Shown: positions 51,258 to 62,015, numbered from the stretch's first letter. The stretch is 64,000 nt of DNA from an uncultured Rikenellaceae bacterium (GCA_964390565.1 CAYMII010000001.1:47230-111229); one strand, 5' to 3'. Notes: generated by a model not told the origin, from the letters alone. Made by a program: numbers and translations.

Positions 51258-52661
51258 ATGAAGAGGATTAATCTTATTCTAGCCATTATTTTTCTTGGAT
51301 TCATTGGCTCTACATTCGCTCAAGGTTATAAAATTGACGTGCGAATTAATGGCATAAAGGATACTACTATCATGCTTGGTTATCATCTTGGCGATAAAAA
51401 GTATGTTCAAGATACGGCTAAGGTTAATTTAAATGGGAATGCTGTATTTCAAGGTGATTCTCTTAAACAGGGCATTTATCTCATAATTCTTCCATCAAAA
51501 ACCTATTTTGAGATACTCGTTACCGGTAATCAGAATTTTAGCGTTAAAACCGATGCTAAAGATCTTTTGGCAAATTTGACTTTCTCTGGCTCAAAGGAGA
51601 ATACTACTTTTTCGGAATATCAACGGTATATGGTTGAACAGCAAAAAAATATGACTCAATATCAGAGTAAATATAAGGCTGTATCAGCAAAACCTGATTC
51701 GGTGAAGATTATTCAAGAGAAAATAAAAGAACTTGATAAAAAGGTAAATGAGTATTGGCTGGAAATTATTAAGAATAATCCTAATACATTGCTTGCAGCT
51801 ATTGTTAAAACGATGATTCCTATACATACACCTGAATTTAAAGTACCAGAAGGAACTAAGAATGCCGATTCTCTAAAATGGGTGATGGGATATCAGTACA
51901 ATAAAAATCATTACTTTGATAATATATCGTTGACCGATTCGAGATTGATTCGAACCCCAATCCTTGAGCAAAGATTGAATGTGTTTTTCGATAAGTTGCT
52001 TATTCCTGTTCCAGATAGTATAATCCCTGAGGCAATTAAAATTATTGAGAGAACTCGCCCAAATAAAGATATGTTCCAGTATGTACTTTCACACCTTGGG
52101 AATAAGTTTTCGACTTCAAATATCATGGGCCTTGATGCGGTTTTTGTAGCCATTGCCGAGAAGTATTACTTAACAGGTCAAGCTTGGTGGGCAGATAAGA
52201 AGACTTTAGAAAGTATTCAGCAACGTGTAAAGGCCATGAAACCAAACTTAATTGGTAATCAATGTCCCGATTTATCATTGCCTGATATGTCTGGTAGAAT
52301 TATTAAATTAAGCGAGGTTAAAGCAAAGATTACTGTTCTATACTTTTGGGATTCAAGTTGTGCTCATTGCAAAAAAGTAACACCTGAGGTAAAGAAACTC
52401 TACGATTTGTTTAAACTGAAAGGCCTTGAGGTTTATGCTGTTTACACTCAAGGAAATCAACCTGAAATTGTTGAATATATTAATAAAAATAGCCTTAGCT
52501 GGATAAATGTTTGGGATCCTGCACAAAACTCGAGGTTCAGAGACTTATTCGATATCTACTCAACTCCAGTTATATATGTGCTTGATGCAAACAAGAAGAT
52601 AATTGCAAAGAGAATAAGTGAGGAGTCGTTGAAGGATTTGTTAGAGAACGAGTTAAAGTAA
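51258..52661 (+). CDS. TlpA-like thiol:disulfide oxidoreductase with N-terminal DUF5106-like domain
   Basis: Signal peptide after ATG 51258. The C-terminal thioredoxin fold has LYFWDSSCAHC. The N-domain assignment is tentative. Confidence 0.75.
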   Translation: MKRINLILAIIFLGFIGSTFAQGYKIDVRINGIKDTTIMLGYHLGDKKYVQDTAKVNLNGNAVFQGDSLKQGIYLIILPSKTYFEILVTGNQNFSVKTDAKDLLANLTFSGSKENTTFSEYQRYMVEQQKNMTQYQSKYKAVSAKPDSVKIIQEKIKELDKKVNEYWLEIIKNNPNTLLAAIVKTMIPIHTPEFKVPEGTKNADSLKWVMGYQYNKNHYFDNISLTDSRLIRTPILEQRLNVFFDKLLIPVPDSIIPEAIKIIERTRPNKDMFQYVLSHLGNKFSTSNIMGLDAVFVAIAEKYYLTGQAWWADKKTLESIQQRVKAMKPNLIGNQCPDLSLPDMSGRIIKLSEVKAKITVLYFWDSSCAHCKKVTPEVKKLYDLFKLKGLEVYAVYTQGNQPEIVEYINKNSLSWINVWDPAQNSRFRDLFDIYSTPVIYVLDANKKIIAKRISEESLKDLLENELK

Positions 52662-52663
52662 AC

Positions 52664-53527
52664 CTAACTATTGCGCGATAAGCAGAACTTAGTAAAAGTT
52701 TCCATAACGCTTTCGATGTAAGTTTTGGAAACAGGCAGAGCAATTGCATTTGGAACATCAAGTTCCAACAAAAGTTCTGTTTTATCCTTTCGGAGTACCT
52801 TTACCTTATCGAAATTAACCATATAGGAGCGATGGCAACGAATTATTCCAGCGCTTCCAAGCGCTTCTTCTAATCGTTTTATTGTGTTTCTGAGCGTGAA
52901 CCTCGTTGTTTTACCTTTATCGAGATAATAAATATTTACATAATTATCGGCAGATTCAAGGTAAAGGAAACTCTCCAATTTGATTGAGAAACGTAATTCA
53001 CCTTTTTCGTCATAAAAAGGGAGCAAAGTTTTTGAAGTGTCCGATATCGGTGGATTTTCAGTTAGCTTAATCAGTTGAATTTTTTTCTCTCTCCACGAAA
53101 AGTATAGCCAAAGAGTGGAGTAAGGAAGCAGAAGAACTAATGCTGTATTCTTTATTGATGCTTGAAATATATCCCCAACAAATCGTTTATCATCTAAAAA
53201 TAATTTCTCAAAGAGGGTATAGAAGATAGCCATAAAGAAAGCCTCCGCTGCTACCCAAATTAGGTAATGCCAAAGAAGTAAAGTGAATTTTTTTGATACC
53301 CAGTACATTATTATTCGGCTTATAACAACAACAAGAACGCCTGTTAAGATTACAAGGCTTGAGTATGCTAAAAGTTCCCATTTTGTTACGTTATACCAAG
53401 TTGAAACGCCAAAAGGCGCATAGATATTAATAAAGATTAAGGCGAATAGTGCTGTAAGTAGAACTAGCCTAACAATATTTCCCTTATTAGTTAAGTAGGC
53501 AGGTATCGGTTTTTGGGTTTCTATCAT
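52664..53527 (-). CDS. membrane-anchored LytTR DNA-binding domain protein
   Basis: Four N-terminal TM helices and a C-terminal LytTR domain (YLESADNYVNIYY...IIRCHRSYMVNFDKV). Confidence 0.75.
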   Translation of the reverse strand: MIETQKPIPAYLTNKGNIVRLVLLTALFALIFINIYAPFGVSTWYNVTKWELLAYSSLVILTGVLVVVISRIIMYWVSKKFTLLLWHYLIWVAAEAFFMAIFYTLFEKLFLDDKRFVGDIFQASIKNTALVLLLPYSTLWLYFSWREKKIQLIKLTENPPISDTSKTLLPFYDEKGELRFSIKLESFLYLESADNYVNIYYLDKGKTTRFTLRNTIKRLEEALGSAGIIRCHRSYMVNFDKVKVLRKDKTELLLELDVPNAIALPVSKTYIESVMETFTKFCLSRNS

Positions 53528-53738
53528 TTATTAAATATCAAACCTCAAATTTAGTCAATCACCTTGAATTATGTATTGATAAACGTGTACAATTAAGACA
53601 TAGTTGATTGCTCATTCTACCCCTCTATTCTGAAAACTACCCCTCAAATTGATATTTCAGCCCTTTTCAATGCACGTAAACCCTCTTATTTGACCGTTGG
53701 CTTTTTATGTCTTTGCTTTGCTGAAAATATTATACAAG

Positions 53739-54911
53739 ATGGAGTTTACCCATAAATTCAACGAGTTAAAATCTTTATTTAGTTTAAGTCGAGAAGTCAA
53801 TTATATTGAGAACTCAAATATTGAGATTCGAGTTCAGCATTTTAAATCAAAAACAAGTTTGTCGTTCCCTTTTGAGAATGAATACGACTCTTATGACCCC
53901 GAGCTGGTTGTTGTTCAAAGCGATGAAAGTATAAAAGAGAATGAATCTTTTTCGTACCCTGTATTTATTCCTAAAAGTGATTCGAAGTCCAATAAGGCAA
54001 TTATTCTATTGCATGGTTTAAACGAAAAGAGCTGGCATAAATACTTGCCTTGGGCTTATTATCTGGCTGAGCAAACAAATCGGCCCGTTATTCTATTTCC
54101 CATATCGTTTCATATGAATCGTTGCCCCGAAACATGGGCTAACCCAAGGGCAATGATGCCGCTTTTGAACCAGCGTCAAAATCAAAATAAACTGACTCAA
54201 AGTACATTTGCTAATGTGGCTTTAAGCGAGCGCTTATCGGAAGATCCACTTCGCTTTTTTCGCTCAGGCCGACAAAGCGCTGAGGATATAATTGATTTGT
54301 TAGAGTCTATAAAGAAGGGAGAACTTCCATTTTTAGAGCCAAATGCTCACGTCGATTTTTTTGCATACTCAATTGGCGCATTTCTTTCGCAGATTCTTTT
54401 CATTGCAAACCCAAAGAAACTATTGAATGATTCCAAACTATTTCTCTTTTGTGGAGGTGCACTTTTTAGTCAAATGGAAGGAACTTCAAAGTTGATAATG
54501 GATAGTAAGGCTTTTAGCAGCTTGCGAAAGTACTATTTAGGCGATTTTGTGAATGAATTGAAAACTTCAACACCTTTCGCATCATTTATTAAGAATAGCC
54601 CAATTGGGAATGCATTTAGAGCGATGCTTGCTCCTGAAAGTTTGAAGAAATTTAGAAATAGCACTTTTCAGACTCTAAATGAAAGAATTAAGATAATTGC
54701 TTTGAAAAATGATCAGGTTATTCCTGCAAAGTTCATTCAATCAACATTCTCGTGTATGAAGAATCGTGTAAAAGGTATGCTTGAAGTATTAGATTTCCCT
54801 TACGATTACTCACACGAAATACCTTTTCCGGTATTTAACAATCCAAACTATAAACAGGTGGATCGATGCTTCGAAAGCGTGTTTAGCTCAGCCGCAAATT
54901 TCTTAAGATAA
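53739..54911 (+). CDS. uncharacterised alpha/beta-hydrolase-fold protein
   Basis: ILLHGLNEKS (oxyanion region) and FAYSIGAF (GxSxG-like nucleophile elbow). I prefer ATG 53739 over the TTG at 53697. Confidence 0.45.
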   Translation: MEFTHKFNELKSLFSLSREVNYIENSNIEIRVQHFKSKTSLSFPFENEYDSYDPELVVVQSDESIKENESFSYPVFIPKSDSKSNKAIILLHGLNEKSWHKYLPWAYYLAEQTNRPVILFPISFHMNRCPETWANPRAMMPLLNQRQNQNKLTQSTFANVALSERLSEDPLRFFRSGRQSAEDIIDLLESIKKGELPFLEPNAHVDFFAYSIGAFLSQILFIANPKKLLNDSKLFLFCGGALFSQMEGTSKLIMDSKAFSSLRKYYLGDFVNELKTSTPFASFIKNSPIGNAFRAMLAPESLKKFRNSTFQTLNERIKIIALKNDQVIPAKFIQSTFSCMKNRVKGMLEVLDFPYDYSHEIPFPVFNNPNYKQVDRCFESVFSSAANFLR

Positions 54912-54929
54912 TTTGTAAATAATCGATGG

Positions 54930-56075
54930 CTAAAAACTGCTTAAATCAATATCATTACCATCAACGAATGTGGCGATTTTGCCCATCTTCTTTTGAATTA
55001 CCTTAAAGTGATGCTCATCGTCGGGGGTAATAAATGAGATGGCTTCGCCTCGCGATTCGGCTCTTCCAGTTCGTCCAATTCTATGGACGTAATCTTTTGG
55101 TGAGCGGGGTAATTCGTAATTAATAACACAGGGCAAGAACTTGATATCTATACCCCTTGCCATTAGGTCGGTTGCAACCAAAACCCTAATCTTTCCTGCT
55201 TTAAATAGGCTTAACGCGGCTGTTCGTGTTCCTTGACTCTTTTTACTGTGAATGGAAGCCGCTTTTATTCCATTTTTGTTGAGCTTATCAGCCACCATAT
55301 CCGACCGATGAACGGTTGAGGTAAATACAAGCACTTGCTCTAAATCGTTGCCTATAATGATATATCGAAGCAATGGACCTTTCCTCTCTTCGGTAATTCG
55401 ATAGGCGGTCTGTTCAATTAAATCTAAGTTGGCTATTTCATCATCAACCTTAATTACAACTGGCTCATGAAGCAAGTTTTTATTAATGGTATCAACATCA
55501 TTGCTGAGCGTTGCCGAGAATAGAAGGGTTTGGCGTTTTGATGGCAAAAGGTCAAATATTTGAGTCATCTCCTCCTTAAATCCTAGATTAAGCATTTTGT
55601 CGGCCTCATCTAAAACCAATACTTGGACATCCGATAAAGAAAGGGCTTTGGAAGATATTAATTCCAATAATCGACCAGGAGTAGCGACTAAAATTTCAAC
55701 GCCCTGTAGTTCTATCATCTGGGGATTAATGGAAACTCCACCGTGAACGGCTAAACACTTTACTTTTGATGGTAGATAACTCCCAAAAACGTTAAAAGCG
55801 CTATTTATCTGTATTGCAAGCTCTCTAGTGGGCACTAGCACCAATGCTTTAATATGCCTATTTCTCGAGGGTGTTGATTGATACTGGAATTGTTCCAAAA
55901 TTGGAAGAACAAAACTTGCAGTTTTACCCGAGCCAGTTTGTGCAATCCCTAAAATATCTTTTCCATCTAAAATTGCAGGTATTGCCTCTTTTTGAATCGG
56001 ATAGAGCGTGGTGTAACCTTGTTCGGCAATAGCCTTTATAAGTGGTGCAGACAAACCTAGGGATGAAAATGGCAT
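54930..56075 (-). CDS. rhlE: DEAD-box ATP-dependent RNA helicase (RhlE-like)
   Basis: Q-motif region, AQTGSGKT, PTRELA, DEAD, SAT, HRIGRTGR. Confidence 0.85.
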   Translation of the reverse strand: MPFSSLGLSAPLIKAIAEQGYTTLYPIQKEAIPAILDGKDILGIAQTGSGKTASFVLPILEQFQYQSTPSRNRHIKALVLVPTRELAIQINSAFNVFGSYLPSKVKCLAVHGGVSINPQMIELQGVEILVATPGRLLELISSKALSLSDVQVLVLDEADKMLNLGFKEEMTQIFDLLPSKRQTLLFSATLSNDVDTINKNLLHEPVVIKVDDEIANLDLIEQTAYRITEERKGPLLRYIIIGNDLEQVLVFTSTVHRSDMVADKLNKNGIKAASIHSKKSQGTRTAALSLFKAGKIRVLVATDLMARGIDIKFLPCVINYELPRSPKDYVHRIGRTGRAESRGEAISFITPDDEHHFKVIQKKMGKIATFVDGNDIDLSSF

Positions 56076-56310
56076 TGGTGTGAGTTTTATTATTGATAAG
56101 TTTGGAGTGCAAATATAGGTCTTAAAAATTAACTTCTTTTATATCAATGACACTCGATAAAAACGAGAATCGAAGTTTTTATCGTAAGTGGAATTGATCC
56201 CGAAAGCAAAGCTTATCGGGATTTGTGGGTGCTCATACTTAGCAAATAAATTGTTTATAAAGATTTTCAAAATTGTTATCTAAACTGCTTGAACACGCTA
56301 ACTTCATCGG

Positions 56311-56318
56311 TATATTTG
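56311..56318 (+). promoter_or_regulatory. TAnnTTTG box upstream of the DbpA-like helicase gene
   Basis: tatatttg at 56311-56318, about 68 nt upstream of ATG 56386. Confidence 0.35.
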
Positions 56319-56357
56319 CAGCTAATTAGAAACAATACTTTCTCTTAATATAATCAG

Positions 56358-56382
56358 AGCCTTTTTAAACCAAGGCTTTTTT
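56358..56382 (+). other. terminator-like hairpin plus T-run immediately before the start codon
   Basis: agcctt (56358-56363) pairs with aaggct (56372-56377) and is followed by ttttt. The ATG lies at 56386. Confidence 0.4.
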
Positions 56383-56385
56383 ATT

Positions 56386-57699
56386 ATGACCCACTCAAAC
56401 ATACTTTCGCGTTTTAATATTACCTCGTTGAACGACATGCAGAATGAGATGCTTTCAGCAATTAATAAGCCAAATGATGTCGTTTTAATTTCTCCAACAG
56501 GCTCAGGAAAAACCATAGGTTTTTTATTGCCTATTCTGCAGTTAATGGAGGTCGATAAGGCTGGAGTTCAGGCTTTAATAATTGTGCCAACACGTGAGTT
56601 GGCCATTCAAATTGAGCAAGTATTTAAGCAGATGGGAACAGCCCACAAAGTCAATTGCTGTTATGGCGGCCATGCAGTTTATATCGAGGAGAATAACCTA
56701 AAACATCCACCAGCCGTTTTGGTTGGAACTCCAGGACGACTAGCACACCATTTACGTCGTAAAAACTTGGTACTAGATGATTCTTCAATACTTATTTTAG
56801 ATGAGTTTGATAAATCCTTAGAATTTGGGTTTAAAGATGAGATGGAATTTATCATCCAGCAATGCAATAATATTAAAAAACGGATTCTAACATCAGCAAC
56901 TGCATTAGATGAAATACCTGATTTTGTTGGCATTAACGATTGTGTTGAGTTGAACTATACGGCTGGTCAGATTGAGTCAAAATCAACCCTATCCATTAAG
57001 TCGGTTAGGGTTAAGGGCGATGATAAATTGGAGGCTTTGATGCTTTTGTTGGGTCATATTAAATCGCAAGCTACGCTTGTTTTTTGCAATCATCGTGATG
57101 CTGTAAATAGAATTTCGGAACAATTGACTCAAAACAAAGTTGATCATGGTTTTTACCATGGAGCCATGGAGCAAATTGATAGGGAGCGAACGCTGATTAA
57201 ATTTAGGAATGGAAGTATAAATATATTAATCACTACCGATTTAGCCGCTCGCGGCTTGGATATCCCTGAAATAGAAACGGTAATTCATTACCAATTACCC
57301 GCTACCGAGGATGTGATGATTCATCGAAACGGTCGTACCGCTCGTATGAATGCCGATGGAACGGTCTATTTCTTATTAGATGTAGATGATTATTTACCTC
57401 CTTTTGTTGAGGGAACTCCCGAAGAGGAAGAGCTTCCAAAGAAATTGACTTTACCTAAACCATGCGAATGGAAAACCTTGTATATAGGAGCAGGGAAAAA
57501 GGATAAGATCAACAAAATGGATCTCGTTGGGATGCTTATGCAAAAAGGGCAATTACAAAAGGATGAGCTTGGAAAGATTGAGGTACTTGACCATACTGCT
57601 TATGTGGCAATTAGAAGAAGCAAGATTTATAAGACGCTTCAGCTGGTTAAGGATGAAAAAATAAAGAACAAAAAAATCAAAATGGATATATCTAACTAA
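56386..57699 (+). CDS. DEAD-box-family RNA helicase with C-terminal DbpA-type RNA-binding domain
   Basis: SPTGSGKT, PTRELA, DEFD (motif II variant), SAT, HRNGRTAR. The C-terminal LYIGAGKKDKINKMDLVGML...IEVLDHTAYVAI is DbpA-RBD-like. Confidence 0.85.
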   Translation: MTHSNILSRFNITSLNDMQNEMLSAINKPNDVVLISPTGSGKTIGFLLPILQLMEVDKAGVQALIIVPTRELAIQIEQVFKQMGTAHKVNCCYGGHAVYIEENNLKHPPAVLVGTPGRLAHHLRRKNLVLDDSSILILDEFDKSLEFGFKDEMEFIIQQCNNIKKRILTSATALDEIPDFVGINDCVELNYTAGQIESKSTLSIKSVRVKGDDKLEALMLLLGHIKSQATLVFCNHRDAVNRISEQLTQNKVDHGFYHGAMEQIDRERTLIKFRNGSINILITTDLAARGLDIPEIETVIHYQLPATEDVMIHRNGRTARMNADGTVYFLLDVDDYLPPFVEGTPEEEELPKKLTLPKPCEWKTLYIGAGKKDKINKMDLVGMLMQKGQLQKDELGKIEVLDHTAYVAIRRSKIYKTLQLVKDEKIKNKKIKMDISN

Positions 57700-57852
57700 T
57701 AAATTGAATAGCAATATTTTAAATACTATAAAATTATATAGTTCTAATGATAGGGTAAACTGAATTTTAGGTATCTATAATAATTGATCAGCTATAAGAG
57801 ATAGTGGCATTTTTATCAATCAGAATATAAAAACTTATACATAAAATTAATT

Positions 57853-59127
57853 ATGAAAAATCCTATTAAAATGATGAGGGCAATTACTTTAGCCCTATTT
57901 GTATTTATTGCAAGTAATGTTGTAGCACAATCCAACTTTATCTACGGAAAACAATTTGGCTCCGAGAAGGATGCTGTAGCCTATAATCCTGTTACTGATA
58001 AAGAGGGGAATGTTTATATCGCAGGAGATACTCAAGGACCTCTTGCTGGGCAGTTTTTTGGCAAAATCGATGGGTATGTATCTAAATATGATAGTACTGG
58101 AAATACAATTTGGACAAAGCAATTTGGAACCAGCGAAGACGATAGAATTAACTGGTTAACATTAGATCAAGCAGGGAATATTTATGTAACTGGCTATACA
58201 ATGGGGCTGGTTAATGAGAAGATTTTTGGTAAGGAAGACATCATCGTTGCTAAGTTTGATGCGAATGGAAATGTTGAATGGCAAAAGCAATTTGGCAGCG
58301 ATAGCACAGATATTGGAAATACAATTTATGTAGATAAAAAAGGAGACGTTTATGTCGTTGGTGCTACCAAAGGAAACGTTGATAAAGTGTCATTTGGGGG
58401 AGTGGATGCTGTAATCTTGAAACTTGATAGTAAAGGCAATACTATCTGGAAAAAACAAGTTGGAACTGCTAAAGGCGATGAAATTCAAGGAATAACTGGC
58501 GATAGCGAGTTTAATATTTACGTTTGTGGGTATACACAAGGAGATTTAGGCGGGAAAAATTTGGGCCGTATTGATGCATTTATCGCTAAGTATACGGATA
58601 ATGGCGAACAGATAAAACTATTCCAATTTGGAACAGCAGGTTTTGATATGGCAAGCCATATAGCGCTCGATAAAGATCAAAATATATATATCGGTGGTAG
58701 TACTGGCGGGGAACTTGGTGGTAAAGCTCAAGGTGAAGGCGATAGTTACTTATCAAAACTAAGCAAGAACTTTGAAATCATCTGGACAAAGCAGTTTGGA
58801 ACTGAGAAATGGGATGGAGTAAATGGTATTGCCCTAAATGAGCAAATATCAGGAAATATTGTTGTAAGCGGTTGTCAGCATTGGCCTGCTTGCCAATCGT
58901 TCATTCGAATGTATTCGAAAGATGGTAACTTGATTTGGGCTAATAATTATGTTGCAAGTACTAAAAACGGTGGAACTTGTGGCAAGGGTGTTTGTATCGA
59001 TAATAAAGGGAATATTTATCATTCTGGAAATACAGGAGGCAATCTATTTAAAAGCATTGATAAGGCAGAAGGTCACGATATATTCCTTATAAAACTTAAT
59101 ATGGATAAGAGCCAGATGAACAAATAA
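57853..59127 (+). CDS. secreted beta-propeller repeat protein (SBBP-type repeats)
   Basis: Signal peptide. There are six or more repeats of the pattern W(T/K)KQFG(T/S)xxxD...D..GN(I/V)Y(V/I)(T/A)G.T.G. Confidence 0.65.
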   Translation: MKNPIKMMRAITLALFVFIASNVVAQSNFIYGKQFGSEKDAVAYNPVTDKEGNVYIAGDTQGPLAGQFFGKIDGYVSKYDSTGNTIWTKQFGTSEDDRINWLTLDQAGNIYVTGYTMGLVNEKIFGKEDIIVAKFDANGNVEWQKQFGSDSTDIGNTIYVDKKGDVYVVGATKGNVDKVSFGGVDAVILKLDSKGNTIWKKQVGTAKGDEIQGITGDSEFNIYVCGYTQGDLGGKNLGRIDAFIAKYTDNGEQIKLFQFGTAGFDMASHIALDKDQNIYIGGSTGGELGGKAQGEGDSYLSKLSKNFEIIWTKQFGTEKWDGVNGIALNEQISGNIVVSGCQHWPACQSFIRMYSKDGNLIWANNYVASTKNGGTCGKGVCIDNKGNIYHSGNTGGNLFKSIDKAEGHDIFLIKLNMDKSQMNK

Positions 59128-59146
59128 AGGGAAGAAAATCAAAAAT

Positions 59147-59184
59147 AAAAAAGGGAAAGATCAGAAATGATCTTTCCCTTTTTT
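59147..59184. terminator. bidirectional terminator (16-nt arms)
   Basis: aaaaaagggaaagatc (59147-59162) pairs with gatctttccctttttt (59169-59184), between convergent genes. Confidence 0.8.
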
Positions 59185-59195
59185 ATGAATAATAA

Positions 59196-60674
59196 TTACT
59201 TTGAATACTGTCCAATTACATCAACAATACTTCTTTGGCAAACTTTACAGAATATCTGATGTCTTGTGTACATGATACAGTCTAACTGCGAGCGATACAT
59301 CCCTTTTGCATTGTAGTTTGCACCTTCAAATGCTCCAACTTTATCCTTATACTGTTCGGTAGCAAAAAACTCATTCTCTTTATTCATTTGGCGAGTAAAC
59401 AAGTCTTCCATGATGTTTTCAGGAACATGAGCTGCTCTTAGGCTATCGCGCTCTTTTTGAATGCTATACCCATGTGCATCAAATTCTGCTTTATTCCAAG
59501 GTGTAGGAATTGGGGTTCCTTCTTCAACTAAATCTTTCCATTTAAGGTTGTTCTTATCGAAAAGGGCAGTAACGTTGGTTTCCCATGGCTCAACAGTAAT
59601 CTTAGGAATTTCATATGATACTGCTGAAGTATAATATTCATCAGCAAGTGCAGCCATATGATGCCCCATCTCGTGAACCATAATATAATCGGCAAACTTA
59701 TTATCGGCAGATACTGTTGTATAAAGGTTGTAAATTCCGCCGCCACCGTAGGTTCTTTCGTTAACAAGAATTACCATAAACTCGTAAGGAACTGCAGATG
59801 CAACATCTCTAACAGTCTTATTATCGTAGGTTAAAGCGTAACGTTCAGAGTCGAATGCGCTATAGCTAACCGATAGTTTTGAATGCTTGAAATCCCCATG
59901 ATGTGGTTTGTTTACACCCGATTGCTCCGAAGGGCTTTCAACGGCACGAATATTAATATTTTTGTTCTGCGATTTAAAAGGTTCTGCATCCATAAGAGCA
60001 TCTGCTAAACGTTTAGCATCGTTACGGAATTTATCCATTTCTTTAGCTGAGTAACCATCACCTAGAATTACAATATCTAACTTTTCTTGTGCAGGACCGT
60101 TTACTAAAATCTCATCAACTTTTTCGCTATGAATAATATCCGAAGGGTTTACCTGACGATACGAAGGATCAAGGTCGGTTGTCCAAATGGTTTGGAATTT
60201 ATTCTGAGCATCCCTCTTTTTCATCACAATTGTGATAGGTTTTTTAGGCCAAGGGAAACGAAGCGATTCGTGGAACGTTCCCCATCTTTCACTTGCTTCG
60301 GGAATTGTTTGCCATTCGCCAAAAACGCTAGCAAAACCTCTTGAGTAGAGTAGAACTTTCGATTCTTTGTCGACTATTTCAAAGAAATAGAGACCAAGTT
60401 CAAGTTTGTCGATTAATATCTTTTTACTTCCACCCCATGCTCCATCTGATAAAACCTTATCGAGAGCAAATTTTTCTTCAGTTGCATTACCGGTATGAAA
60501 GTAATCGTAACGCATCGTTTTTTCAACAAAGTAGGTGTCGAAATCAACATCACCCTTGTTGATTGCTGAAATAGAGGAATCTTTCTTTTCTTCTGGTTTT
60601 GAAACCTGCTCTTTATTAGGTTTGCAGGCAATGAGTGATATTGCAACAAGTGCAACGGGTATATATTTTTTCAT
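59196..60674 (-). CDS. M64-family (IgA peptidase-like) metallopeptidase lipoprotein
   Basis: VHEMGHHMAALADEY zinc site. I prefer the start at MKKYIPVALVAISLIAC (lipobox). The track start at 60707 adds 11 aa. Confidence 0.85.
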   Translation of the reverse strand: MKKYIPVALVAISLIACKPNKEQVSKPEEKKDSSISAINKGDVDFDTYFVEKTMRYDYFHTGNATEEKFALDKVLSDGAWGGSKKILIDKLELGLYFFEIVDKESKVLLYSRGFASVFGEWQTIPEASERWGTFHESLRFPWPKKPITIVMKKRDAQNKFQTIWTTDLDPSYRQVNPSDIIHSEKVDEILVNGPAQEKLDIVILGDGYSAKEMDKFRNDAKRLADALMDAEPFKSQNKNINIRAVESPSEQSGVNKPHHGDFKHSKLSVSYSAFDSERYALTYDNKTVRDVASAVPYEFMVILVNERTYGGGGIYNLYTTVSADNKFADYIMVHEMGHHMAALADEYYTSAVSYEIPKITVEPWETNVTALFDKNNLKWKDLVEEGTPIPTPWNKAEFDAHGYSIQKERDSLRAAHVPENIMEDLFTRQMNKENEFFATEQYKDKVGAFEGANYNAKGMYRSQLDCIMYTRHQIFCKVCQRSIVDVIGQYSK

Positions 60675-60741
60675 AAAAAAAGAATTAGGTTTATTTTTAG
60701 AGTCCAAAAATAAATCTAATTGTCGAATAATATGGCAAGTT

Positions 60742-61416
60742 TTAGAACTTACCGAACTTAAATGTTATGCTGGTTGAAAACCCATTAAATGCATTTTTTG
60801 GAACATTACCAAGGTTTAAATTTGGCGCATAACGGTATTTTATGCCAACAGATGCTTTCATAAATCTAAATACATTTGCTTCAAGGTCGATTCCTGGTTC
60901 AAAAATCAACAAGTAGTTTCTATCAAAGACTTTTCGTCTAAGTTTATCTGAACCCACGGTAACATATCGTCTATCAGTCAATAAGTATAGCCCGCCACCC
61001 CCAATTAAAATTGGAAAGGATAGATGTATTTTTTTGCTTGGTCTTAAAATTGGTTCAATAAGTATACCGATATAACCTCCAGCAATAATACCAGATTTAT
61101 CTTCAAATGTATCTTCTGAATTGTCGTAAGATGTATCTACCTTCTCACAAAGCGGCATATTCAAAATACCTTTTATACCTAGTCCAATCAAAAGTTTATG
61201 ATCGAATATTATCCCTCCGTTTATGGAGCCATTAATAATGCTATTCCCATCAAATTTCGAGGATTCTATACCAATGCCAATACTATAACCTGATAGTTTT
61301 TTTGAATCAAATAGTGTTTGGATTTCAATGCTATCTCTTTTTTGAGAGAATGATAATTTAGTTGTTGCTGCAAATATTATAATTAGCAGTAACGTAAAAC
61401 CAACAGTTTTTTTCAA
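60742..61416 (-). CDS. hypothetical outer-membrane beta-barrel-like protein
   Basis: Signal peptide, Gly-rich alternating strands and a C-terminal aromatic residue (KFGKF). It lies directly upstream of the M64 peptidase on the same strand. Confidence 0.4.
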   Translation of the reverse strand: MKKTVGFTLLLIIIFAATTKLSFSQKRDSIEIQTLFDSKKLSGYSIGIGIESSKFDGNSIINGSINGGIIFDHKLLIGLGIKGILNMPLCEKVDTSYDNSEDTFEDKSGIIAGGYIGILIEPILRPSKKIHLSFPILIGGGGLYLLTDRRYVTVGSDKLRRKVFDRNYLLIFEPGIDLEANVFRFMKASVGIKYRYAPNLNLGNVPKNAFNGFSTSITFKFGKF

Positions 61417-61544
61417 GGTTAATAAGGATAATTAACAGTTATAATCTTAATTAAGATATTAACTTAATAAAGTTATATACTATTGCAGTCTAATGCAAAT
61501 AACTATCCTAATTATAAAAATGCTAAACAATAAATAGCAATATT

Positions 61545-62015
61545 CTATACAGGCCTATTGATATATTTCGAAAAATCGAGAGGCTTTGGTGTGTACTCAC
61601 TTTCAAGTAATGGCGAGCTAATTAGAAAGTCTGCAGTGGAACGATTTGTTGCAGTTGGTATATTGTAAACCGATGCTAACCTTAGCAATGCTTTCACATC
61701 AACATCATGTGGCTGTGCTTGCATTGGATCCCAAAAGAAGATGAGTATATCAATATCGCCTTCGGCGATTTTTGCGCCCAGTTGCTGGTCGCCTCCAAGT
61801 GGCCCCGATTTTAATTTTAATATTTGTAGATGATCGTGCAAATCTTCTCCAAATTTGCGAGTTAGCGCTTCTTCAACTAATCGTCCGGTAGTTCCAGTAC
61901 ACATTAGTTTATGCTTAATAAGCTTTTCCCAGTTCCATTCAACCCATTCAATCATATCGCTCTTGCGATTATCGTGTGCAACAAGAGCAATGGTTTTAAT
62001 TTTCGATTTCTTCAT
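61545..62015 (-). CDS. mgsA: methylglyoxal synthase
   Basis: ALVAHDNRK, GTTG, SGPLGGDQQ and FFWDP are diagnostic MGS motifs. 156 aa. Confidence 0.9.
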   Translation of the reverse strand: MKKSKIKTIALVAHDNRKSDMIEWVEWNWEKLIKHKLMCTGTTGRLVEEALTRKFGEDLHDHLQILKLKSGPLGGDQQLGAKIAEGDIDILIFFWDPMQAQPHDVDVKALLRLASVYNIPTATNRSTADFLISSPLLESEYTPKPLDFSKYINRPV

